A program made the position numbers and the translations under genes. 64,000 nt of DNA from Amphiscolops sp. MND2022 (taxonomy: Eukaryota): NCBI GenBank assembly GCA_964187785.1, contig OZ076409.1, positions 22,818,001-22,882,000 of the forward strand. The letters are read 5' to 3'. Position 1 is the first letter of the stretch. Each line of letters opens with the position of its first letter. Under the pieces are notes generated by a model. The model was not told where the DNA came from. It saw only the letters and a list, made by a program, of their open reading frames with translations, and did not search any database. Below, piece after piece: positions 12,696 through 24,329 of the stretch.

Positions 12696-12711
12696 TAGAG
12701 ACATCATTTTT

Positions 12712-12728
12712 TGGCGACCACAGAGGGA
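12712..12728 (+). promoter_or_regulatory. Primer-binding site of element 2 (tRNA-Arg-like)
   Basis: TGGCGACCACAGAGGGA, 16 nt downstream of the LTR end; resembles the complement of a tRNA-Arg(TCG) 3' end. Confidence 0.8.
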
Positions 12729-15608
12729 TCGCTTCGAAGTGCTTCCCTTAACGGTTTTAAAAGAGCCGACCCTCTGGTGATTGACGCCAAGTACGACCCG
12801 ACTCTGACGAGGAGAAGACAGAAGCAGAGTTTTCTATGTTTTTACCCTGTATGTACATTGTTGAAGGCTTTATGCCTGGTGGTTAAAGGTAAATTTAGTG
12901 AAAAAGCGCTGTATGTTGTAATTCTGAAGCTTTTTAGTAGTTAACAGGTAACAGTCGAAATAACCAACCCTCTTAACAGGTCACTCTCTAAAATTGGTCT
13001 AGCAAGCCGTCAAAAGGCTGCTAGAGGTGTTAACAGGTATTTTCCAGCCTTTTTCAGCTTTTTATGACCAATGAAGCGAGTGTTGAGAAGAGGATGATCC
13101 TTGCTCAAAAGTATCTTACAACCTGCCGGAATGGAGTTGTACGACTCGCCTATCCCATTTCTCGTACAGGCTACCCAGAAAAACGAAATTTGGTGGCAAC
13201 GTACTACAAACACTGACCTATCTAGAGATGCAACCCGTTTGTCTCTAACTGTTCTGGGTGACGAGTAAGAGGAACGGAAAGATACAACTCGTCGATCCAG
13301 GTTGTATGAATACTTTGAGTCAGGTTGAAAATTTTTTTTTTGATTGCTCAAAATTTTATGTGTAATCACTTGCCGATGTTCTTACGAGCTTTCTGCAAAT
13401 AGGCGTGTGCATTTGCACCTGTTTTGTGCGAAAAAAGTGCGTTTTTTCATGTATTTTCGACGAAAAGTGCCTAATTTGGCCACTTTGAGGCGAAACATCT
13501 ACATGAGCGCGAGCGCTCTTGGTGCCAGCCACACATTTGCAGAAATTAAATAAAAGTAGCTCAGAACTCTAATGAGTTCACAAAAACCAGGGCCAACTGC
13601 TCAAAGTTGCCCAAAAAAGCACTTAGTGCGAATCTTGTGAGAGAAAACCCCGTTTCGGAAAAATTAAGCACTTCTAGTAGTGGGGAGATTGATGTTGGAA
13701 CTTCCAAACATCCCCAATGTGCCACAATTATGTCAGGGCACACCAGCCGGTACCTAGAGCTGCCTGTTTCGGTAATTATTGTCACCACCTGCCACAAAAA
13801 CCTACAGAAATTGCAATTTTGAAGTTTTCCAAAAGTGTTTTTGAATGGAACTTGAACCGATCATTGACTAACATTCCTATACCAAGAACATTCCGCGGAC
13901 TGTTGCTTCCAGTTTATTCGAAAAATTTAACGGTCAAGAGTGAAGACCGCACCCCAAAATTCTTTTTCAGTGTGAAGAAAAGTTGAAAAACGTTGATTTT
14001 TAGTTAGTTTCAGGAGTGTCCGCATATATAATTAAAACCCCCTGGACACTCTGTCTTTTTGTTAGCTAGGAGCTTCCCAGCTCTCATTTCCTGTTTTTAC
14101 ATAAAAAATAACGCATAGTGCTGAAAACCGCGTCAAAAAATTCCTTTTCAGTGCTGAGAAAAGTGGAAAAACGCACTGAATCTGACCAAATTTCCACAAA
14201 ACCGGACTGTCCAATTGTTAGGGTCGGGTCATAGATTCCCGAACCCTAGCTGAAAACTGGTTGCATTTTCGTAACCACCACAAAAAATAATACTAGTGCC
14301 AAAAATTTGGTGAGCCTAGCGCTAACCAAAGTTGAGAAAAGCTCTCTGACGTTTTGACATCAGAACGAGCTGACCTAGCCGAAAATTTCCAAAACTATAA
14401 GACCGACAGTGCCTCAAACCTAACAGGCGCGGCTAATTGAGGACTTGTGGCAGTGCTGTGACTAGTGGGGCAACACGTTGACCTCATCTTGCCTGCCGTA
14501 ACGTTTGTAGTGTCGACCCTCTTAGCCTATTTGTGAAAAAAGTGTCAAAAAAAGGACTGTTGCTGAAATAGTGTCTGAACTCAGTAGAAACCCTAGGAAA
14601 GCTCGCGAACTTTCATCGGACCATTGAACCAGCATTGTGGGCGCCCACTGACAGCGCCTACTAAGTTTCGAGCCAATCGGTGTTGTATTTCTTGAAAAAT
14701 TGACTGAAAAGTACTGCTCAAAAAGAGGTGCAAAAAGGCAAATTTTCCGAAATTTTTCAGAAATGCCTGAACACCTTATTGGAAAAGTGGGGATAAATTG
14801 CAGCCCACCATCGTGACTTGTGCTAGTTGTTGCATTGTTAGCGAGAATACCGAACCGCTAACTCATACTGGTGCCTAGAAATTGTATAATAAGCGTGCAT
14901 TTTGACTCCTACTGAGACATAGGTGTACCGCACGTCTATACCAAGGCAAAACAGTGCACAACCCTCGGAGCTCAAATCGGTGCTCAATTCCGTGTACCTA
15001 TATGTGTGTAAGATACTCTGGTCTATTTTGAGCCAGATCCGATTCTTCAGGAACGAATTTGAGCCACTTATATATTTTTGGTACTCTCCGAGAAAATTCA
15101 AGATTTGTTGTAAACGTCGCATAATTGTCTCAGCGAAAAGGTAGCACCAATCTGAGCTCATTTTCTGAGCTTGTGGTTTAGTAACAACTGCTTGAGTAAG
15201 TTTGAACTCGCTACGACCATTAGATGTGGTTTCGACCCATTCGAGACGTGCGTATCATCATTCTGGCTCAAGTCTCCACCGAGGCGAAACCCGGTCTTCC
15301 ATGTAAAAAATTTGCAAAAACTCCCTTGTCTAAACGCATGTTAGTGAGTCCATCACTTAATGTGAATCGTGATATTTTTTCAAGTACTTTATACAATCGA
15401 ACATCACGTACCAGACGATGAGTGAATTTTGAAAGACTCCAAAAATCTTTGAAACTATCAAAAGAACTTAAGTGTGTGTGACATAGTTGCCTCGTGAACC
15501 CTAAATGCACGGTTTTCGACCCCACGCAACGGTATCAACGCGCAGTAAACGTTTCACGCCGAAGCGACTCCCTCATCGAATTTCGACTATTCCGAAATAG
15601 GCTAAGTC

Positions 15609-18300
15609 ATGAAAAACAACAACTTCCGCAGTCTTTGGAATTCGATCACAAAGACATTAAGTCGTTCGAACACCCATCGGCACTCACATCTTTCAAAGAG
15701 GGGTAGGGAAGCTGCCTCACTACACGCCAAAACACCGAAAACACCGGAACCCGTGGCGTGCGAGACAAACCTCAGTGCAATATCAGACCTAACCTCAGAC
15801 CCCAGGGAGGAAGATTGGCCAACTGATGACAGTTTTATTATGGAACCCGATTTTTCAGACCCTATGTCAGACAACGCATCAGAAGAATACCAGACCAAAC
15901 AGGTCACCAGGACGGCAGACGATATCGGGGGATCAGCCGACGAAACAGGAAGTCAGGCGCACACGTCCAAATGGTTGCAAGAACTGACCAAAGTAGCTGT
16001 CACACCTTTCGGTACTGACGAAGCAGGAACATGGCCCAACTCCAACAGAACAAATGCTGGGGAAGAAGCTGAAATGAGTTGCTTGAATGCTACTGGACAA
16101 TTCAAGGCTCCCAGCATGGCAAGCGAGAGCACTGCGAACACGGCAGAGATATTGCAACAAATGTCTTATGTCGGGGGTATGAATTATGCCAGAGCGCGCT
16201 TGCAAGAAGCCACTGCACCCCGGCCATCGGGAAAAAGTAGACAAATACGGCCTCCAGCTCTACTAGCACAGACTGGCACTACAGGACCTCATGGCGACTC
16301 GCGCTCGTCCTCACCTTCATCAAAAGCTGTGTCTGGTCGATCTTCAGCATACCGAGCTGTACATGAAGCAGCAAAGGCGCGTAAAGCCCTGCTGGAAGCC
16401 CAAGCTGGTGTGAAGCAAGCTGCTTCTCAACTATCTGAGCGCAAGGCGAGGTGCGATAGAGAGCATCAGGCAATTGTGGAGGAGATTGAAGCTGTGCAAT
16501 CTGAGTTAAGGACTTCCACTGAGCGACAAATGCAAGGACAGGAAGTACAAGCTGCTCGCATGGATGCCATGGGTTAACGAATGGCTGAAATGAAGGATAT
16601 GATGGCCCAAAGAGAGGTACGTATGGAAGCCCAAATTCAGGAGGTGTGCTCGCAAGTACAGGCGATGGGCACTGCGCTAAAAAATGTCCCGCCTCAATCA
16701 ACTCTACCAAACAACACCATCAAAGAACTATTGCAGGAGACTGACATGTCCCTACCAAAGCCTGTGAAGAGTGTTTCACTCAAACCAAAAGAGAGTATAA
16801 TCACCACGACGAAACCCTCAGGTTCCAAACAACCTATGGCGAGATAGGCACCCCTACCTCAACCCCTTGTTTCGAGTGGAGAAGCTGTATCAACGTCCAC
16901 GAAGCTTATCCTTCCAGCACAAACGGAGTTTATCCCGCCAATAACAGAGTCTCACGAAAAGGAACCAACGTATGAAGCAATAACCCTTGAAACTTCGAGC
17001 ATGGGTATCACAGGTCTACGAGAACCCACGTGCATCAACGAATTGACCAACACCACGAGTACCTTCCAAACAGCAAACGCGACTTTGGGAGAGTCAAATG
17101 CAGAATTCCAAACTGCGGACACTGGATTGCCCCCGGGCAATCCGTGCGCAAGCAGCACCCGACGCAGAGAAGTGATCATCTCGGAGAACACCGATGATTC
17201 AATTAACTCTACACGAGGTAGCAGTGTTCCACCACCGGCAACAACTGAAGAAGCACCAATATCACCGGAACAACTCAGATTCACTGAAGCGATATCAAAG
17301 GCAATGTCCAAAGAACTGGCGCCATTAATTGCTAATCGTGATCAGACGAGAGTCCGTCCTACAGTGTATAAAGGTACAAAAGACAGAACCGTTGACGGGT
17401 GGCTTCCACTGATGAAACGCTTCCTGGAAAGGGTACATGCAAAATCATCAAACGTCGACAAGGCATGGGCAATAATTGATCACCTAGAAGGAGAAGCAAG
17501 AAACTACATTATCAATAAGTCAGAACCTGAACGAGATACACCAGACAAGGTGTTCGCCCTCCTAACCAGCAGATTCGGGACAGGTGGCAACCATATGCAC
17601 GTCCGGCAGACCTTTATGTCTCGCGTTCAACAGGAGAAGGAGGATTGGATGCAGTTTTTGGACGCATTAGAAGGCCTGCGCACCCAAGGTTTTCCAGATG
17701 AGCCTATCACTACCCGTCGTTACGAAATCCTGCAACGCTTCATAGATGGTGTGAACGTCCCTACACTGCGACGAGAATTGGCTGTGGTGTACGCGGCGGA
17801 GACGTATCTGACTGAACCGCCCACTGTGGAGTCCTTGAGATTCACCACGCGGCAATTGCAGCGACACCGTCCAACAACGTCAAAGCCCTATGATCCTAGA
17901 TATGCGATGAGATCAAGGCCTCACCCTTTTGTGCCAGGAAAAGTGGTTCATCCAGCACCAGGTCTGCCACAAAATGTGCTCCCTCCAAATCAAGGACAAC
18001 AACACGAGGCAAAGCCCCAAATGGCCCCACCAGCTCCAGCGTCGGTACAACAAGCTGCACCGCCCCAACAACCAGCGAGGATAGTTCCCCCAGGAGCATG
18101 CTTCAATTGTGGATTACCCGGTCACTTCGCGCGGGAATGCCCAAATAAGGATCAAGCAAGGAAACCCATTGCTCGCGCTGCGCCAAACGAACGAGTAAAT
18201 CTTTGCGAAAGTAATGTGGCCTCGGCATGTTCCGGTCCTATGTTCTGTGTCAATTGTGGTATGACTGAACACTCAGCATCACAATGCCAAAACGTTCCAA
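15609..18300 (+). pseudogene. gag region of element 2: long N-terminal extension, capsid-like core, two CCHC knuckles
   Basis: ORFs 15609-16577, 16581-16847 and 17001+ share one frame, separated by single stops at 16575 and 16845; PTVYKGT...VDGWL...HLEGEAR capsid-like motifs; CFNCGLPGHFAREC (18099-18140) and CVNCGMTEHSASQC (18246-18287). Confidence 0.88.
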
Positions 18301-18829
18301 TACATGAAGATTTGGCCTACAGCTTCTGGGCTGCACAGCCATCAACCCCTCAGACAGTGAGCGATAGTGAAATGGTTCTCACGTTACGCCCAGCTGAAGC
18401 CGTTCATGTGGCAACCTCTCTTACCGTTACGTGCGGTAAAATTCAAATCCAGACGAGTCCAGAGCCAACTACTTTCGACCCTTCTGGACGCACGATAATG
18501 TCCGCCAGATTGCTACTGGCTATTGAGAGGGAAACACGCCCAGAACTCACCATCGACGCTTTGATCGAAGAGATGACTACCAATGAAAATTATCAGCAAT
18601 TGACTCTACCACAGCCCGGAAAGTGGCAAGTCAAGGGAGTCACTTCAACCTATCATGCCTATTCTCCTGTTCCAGTTAAAGTTTGCATTGATGGCGTCGA
18701 CATGCGTTTTGGAGTGACTGTAATAACTGATGCGTTTCCTCCTGGAATTTGCTTGGGACCTCGAGAGCTACGCTGCTACAATATTGATGCTCAAGAACCA
18801 TCTGGTGAAACGAGAATCGATGAGCGTGC

Positions 18830-19160
18830 GTCGCTCGTAGTTTCATTCATGGTCCCTGATGATGTACCCATACCACTGCGCGGATTGATAGACACTGGAT
18901 CGGGGGTATCTATCCTCACGTTCTCGGCCTATAACCGTGTCGCCGTGCGCACTGGTACACTTCTGCGACCCTACAATATTGATTTGTACGCGGCGAATGG
19001 AAAGACGATCAAAACTTTTGGTCTAGCAGAGAAAGTCAAATTCCAGCTGGGAGGTTACGAGTTGGAAACTAACTTCGTAGTGGTTGACGATGCTATGGGA
19101 GTGGAAGACTTTCTTCTAGGCAGGAACTTCCTCCGAGCCTATCAGGTCTTGGTAGACCTC
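18830..19160 (+). CDS. Retropepsin-type aspartic protease domain
   Basis: GLIDTGSGVSIL (DTG at 18891) ... FLLGRNFL. Confidence 0.92.
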
Positions 19161-19898
19161 ACTGCGATGAAAGTCATTGTCCGAGCCCCCTCGGAACCAG
19201 TATGGTATCACGCCCATGCGCAGGTAAGTGATGAATCGCTTAGCTCGTCGGTAGCTACGGCAGAGGACATAGTTTTGCAACCCTTTGAACGCGCCATACT
19301 GCGCGCTAAGTTACTTGCAAGTGATCTAGAACCTTTCATATTCCGTGCTGTCTTAATCAATTTTCAAACACCTAATCGAATGTTGAAAAACGCCATATTT
19401 TTAGAAGACACTGTGGCAACCGTGGGAGAAACAGGCTTCCTTTACATCAGTTTAGGAAACCTTACTAGCAACGTCCACTGGCAGCGGGTCAAAAAGGGAA
19501 CCCTCTTGGGAACCGCAATACCCGTGACCATGGTCCATAGAGCCATCCCCCAAGTTGTCCCCGGACAAGCAACTGAAACTCAGCAGTCAAATGCAAGTTA
19601 TGTTTGTAAAGTATATGAACAGATGAATCTTGATTCTTCATCTGAATATAGCTCTTCATCTGAATTTGAGTTTTTGTCTTCTACTGATCCCTCGGAGCTA
19701 AGTTTGTCAGAACGCGAAATAAAAAAACGCACCGATCCGGCACTAATGGCCCCAATACCGGGCCCGGAAGCGCAACTCGACGAAGTACGCAATTTATGGG
19801 GTCCGGCCGCCAGCGACACGCTCGATAAACTTTTAAAAGAGTTTGACGATTTGTTCATGAAGTACAAGGCTGACATTGGTAAGTGTAAAATTGCTAAG

Positions 19899-21190
19899 CA
19901 CCCGGTGGAAGTAGAGGCAGGGGCTATACCCCACCGCGAAGGTGCACGACGAATGTCGCCTGACAAAGCAGAACGGGCCAATCAAGAAGTTCGTGATTTG
20001 CTAGCTTTGGGAATGATACAACCTTCTCTATCCCCTTGGGCGAGTGGTATTGTCATGGTCAAAAAGAAGAGTGGTGAATTACGATTCTGTTGTGACTTTC
20101 GACCACTCAATGAAGTGACTATCAAGGATGCATATCCTCTACCACGAACTGACGAGAGTCTATCTCGATTAGGGAAGGCAAAGATCTATACCAGCATCGA
20201 CTTAGCATGGGCATTCTGGCAAATTCCTGTCCGAAAGGCTGATCGTCAAAAGACTGCCTTTGCTTGTGAACTTGGATTATTCGAATGGCGGCGCATGCCC
20301 TTTGGGATGTGCAATGCATCAGCGACATTTCAGCGGGCAATAGCGCGAGCGCAACAAAGAATAGTCAATCGTGAAGGAAGTATGGTGATGGCCTATATCG
20401 ACGACATCGTGATAGCTACTGAAACCATCGAAGACCACATGGATAGGCTTCGCGAAGTATTCCAGTGTCTACGCGAGGCCGGTTTCAAGATGAGAGTATC
20501 CAAATGTGATTTCATGAAGTCAGAAATCAAATACTTGGGTCGAGTAGTATCTGCAGATGGTATCCAACTAGATCCTAAGGCTGTCACGAAATTGAGAGAT
20601 TGGGATATTCCGCGCACCAAAACCAAACTACAGAGCTTTCTGGGTTTTGGCAACTACTACCGCGATTTTATCCCCTGGCATGCTAAATTGGTTGCCCCTC
20701 TGCACGCGATGACGGGTACAGGCTCTTTCTTTTTGTGGGGGGAGGAGCAGCAACGAGCCTTCAACGGCATCAAAGTGGCACTAATGGAAGCCACAGCTTT
20801 GGCACAACCCGACACCGAAGGCGAATTCGTGCTAGACACAGATGCCAGCGGCGTAGCAATATCAGGTATTCTTCACCAATGGCAGGGACCACCCGAAAAC
20901 CGCAAATTACGACCAATTGTGTTGGGAAGCAAAAAGTTGACTTCTACACAAGCCAAGTATGGAGCACCGAAACTGGAAATGTACGCTGCATACTACTTCA
21001 TCTTGAAGAACCACAGCTATCTCTGTCCCCGAAAATTTACATTGAGAGTCGATAATCAAGCCCTCTCATGGCTGAAGACATATTCGATGGATCAGGCGAT
21101 TATTGGTCGATGGATAGTGGCTCTAGAAAAAAATCATTTCAGCATTGAGCATCGACCCCGAACACAACATCGAAATGCCGATGGCCTTAG
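19899..21190 (+). CDS. Reverse transcriptase and RNase H domains (Ty3/Gypsy)
   Basis: LRFCCDFRPLN, MPFGMCNA, YIDD (20394-20405), YLG; FVLDTDASG, KLEM, RVDNQAL, NADGL. Confidence 0.97.
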
Positions 21191-21899
21191 GAAACGAACC
21201 AACGACTATAAAAAGCATGAGAAACAGCTACAAAATCTACCAGCAATTGCTAACAAATGGAACTTCCTATCGCAAGAAGAATATGACAGACTCCCGCTAG
21301 CCCCATGGTTTGATGTTCAAGGACGCAAGATACCGAATCACCCCGACCTGCCTACGCACTTGCAGAGATTGGCCACCCAACACTCACCTCAAACCACAAC
21401 GATCGCTCCCACACGGAGAAGCGGACAAAGTAGACAAAGTGCGATCATGCGCGACAAAGCGATGAAAGCGCCTATGCCTACACTGCCCAAACCCGAATTG
21501 GAGATGCCTGCAGATTTCTATCCCGAATATCCCGAGGATTGGCTAGAATTAACCGAAGAATATCAACGGGACTACTTGCTTCCCACACATGCTGCCAATG
21601 TCCCATCAAGAACGACCTACCGTTGACTGGGGAGGAAAAGCAAGCGACTGATACCGCGCCCGAAAACGTGAAGCAGATGGCACTAGTAGTTGAAAGTGTA
21701 TCGATGGAATTACATGAACACGCAAATACAGTTCATGGATTGAAGGATCTCCTTTTGGCACAGAACCGCGATGTCCACATCTTGGCCATCAAGAAATTGG
21801 TAATGAAAGAATCAATAGATGACGACATATTTCCCGAGAACGTGCGCACATTCGCCAAAAATTATTACAAACAGAAGAAGAACCTCCTGCTGATTAACG

Positions 21900-23020
21900 C
21901 CAACGGCGTGTTGTGTGTGAGATATCCCAAGAATCAGAGAGCACTGCATGAACGCCCATATATGATTGTGATGCCCCAATTATACCAGCATGAGATCTTG
22001 TTCAAGGCCCACGACGCGATGGGACATCAGGGTATCGCAAAGGTGCTGGCAAGGATACAAGAACGCCACACCTGGCCAGGAATACGCCGCACCATTGGGC
22101 AATACGTTAGCCAATGCATAACCTGTCAACAGGTACGCGATAAGCCTGGTGATGTACGATTTCACTTGAAGAACATTCAGAGTGGCTACTTCAATGAGTT
22201 GGTTCAATATGATCACTTGAAAATTTGTCCCTCAGATGATGGCAACACTGGAATCCTGGTCATCATTGATCACTTTTCCAAACTCGCGGAAGCAGTACCA
22301 TGCAACCACGACGAGTACGATGCAGCAACCACCTCGAAGATATTGCTGCAAAAATGGTTTGCCCGACATGGTACACCAACAAGGATGCAATCAGACAACG
22401 CTCCAAACTTTACCGCGGCAGTATCTATTGAGTTCATGAGAGCAGCACAGGTGACTAAGGTTACCTCAACCGCTGGTCACCCTAAAACTCAAGGACTGGT
22501 GGAACGACAAAATAGAACATTGCTTACCCTGTTGCGTGTGTTTTGCTCCCGACGAATGCGAGACTGGGACCAATACTTAGATGAAGTGATGGGTGCGTAT
22601 AATTCTACACGTCATGCAACGACTGGGTTTTCCCCGTATATGTTGACGAGAGGCATGGAAAAAGCAATACCCCTGACCTTCCTGTACCCAGAATTCGCCA
22701 CTCAGTCATTCGAATCGCACGAGGCATATGCGGAACATGTCTTGGCCTGACAGCAAGAGATCCATGACTTAGTTCGTCGGAATACACATCAAGCCCAACA
22801 ACGACAGAAATTGAAATACGACCGAGCTATTCGTGCTAAAGCTTATGAAGTGGGCGAACCTGTTTGGGTCTTCTGCCGATACATTCCTCAAAAGGGATCT
22901 CCCAAACTGATGAGAGCTTGGCGCGGTCCTCACAAAGTAGCACGAGTGTTACAGGAAGGACGCGTCTACATACTCGACACTGGTCAAAAGTTACATTTTG
23001 AACGACTAAAACCGCATCAC
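21900..23020 (+). pseudogene. Integrase (HHCC, DDE, GPY/F) with an in-frame stop at 22748
   Basis: HDAMGH...CITC; YDH, IIDHFSK, SDN, GLVERQNRT; WRGPHKV...HFERLKP. Confidence 0.95.
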
Positions 23021-24329
23021 GGTGGTCCAACAGAGTGGGCCGCAATCCCTGCGCACAACGGTGAAGTCGCTATCATTATGGATCCAGACCCAGAGCAGTC
23101 TCATGAAGATATTCGAGATGATGCATCACAACCTTCCTATCGTGCGGAAGAACCACTGTCGGAAGCCAGCAACGTCTCCTTGCCTTCCCGACAAAGACAT
23201 TGGATGGATACTCGACTGCGTACTCGTACACGCGCTGGTGGCAGTCGACTACATTACCAACAGTTCGATCATTCCGAAACGGAATCTGAAGACGAACGCT
23301 CTGATGTACTTCTATCAAGCGCTCAGGTGAATCCCGACGAGAGTGTGATTCTGTCGTCACTTGTGGATGAACCCGTGCCTATCCTTGAAATGCCGATCTC
23401 GCCATTACCTGCTAAGGAGGCTCTGTTCTCAGAGAATGAAGCAATACCTGACGTCATTGAGAACACCGAGAGTCCTCCTACTCAGGCATCTGCCCCTACT
23501 CAGATACCTACCAAGAATTCTAGCATTTCTTTAGCCGGTACGTCTGCTCCACTGTTAACGAACCCATCTCTCACGGATATGCTGAGTAATTTCCCCATTT
23601 GGCCATTGATTGACGATAGTGTTCCGAATTCACCCTTAGAGAATGATGGTAACGAATCGCTAATATCCGATGGTCAAGAAGAGTTAACTCCCCCCATAGT
23701 TATTCCAACCAACAACACAACCATAGCAGTAAAGCTTCCTGGTGTTCCCAGAGGACATCAACACAGCAGACCACGAAGACATCCGCCCGGCAGAGCAAGG
23801 CTGCGAGCCTCGCTGCCGCGTGGCCATCAACAAACAGGCGCTGTTAGGGGAGCTCGCAAGAGAGGACGCCCCAGAGGCAGACCACCTCAAGCAACACGTA
23901 CTGAACCCAATGCCTCCACCCGTGTTCATCATACCCCATCTGTGGATACTGATTCTTCTGCTCCTAGTGCAGCAGTCACCTCAGATCAAGCGCAAACGCA
24001 GGAGTTGCCTAATACTGGCTATGGCCTACGACGTAATCGTGCCCCCAGATACCGCTGTGGAACATGTGGCCTACGAGATTGTAAATGCAATAATCTGGTC
24101 CACGCGGACTTCCCAATTAGACCCCGGGGAGTCTTACTGACACGTGAGAAGGAGACGCCACTCCCAAACGGCACAGTCGACCGTTTGACCATTCGAGCCG
24201 AGAAGACGTACACTGGGCTACAACGCAGTGATAACCCGTATCCTATAGACTTTATCCTATCCAAGATGAAAGGCTCGACGGTAGCGAAGGCCCCATGTCC
24301 GAGATTCAAGGAATGGACTTATGATCTTC

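Noticed and set aside
12030..12751. Short ORFs duplicated at 27873-28607
   Set aside because: Duplicated only because they lie in the LTRs; no protein motif
12795..12835. Hammerhead ribozyme core (CTGACGA)
   Set aside because: No correctly placed GAAA or supporting stems
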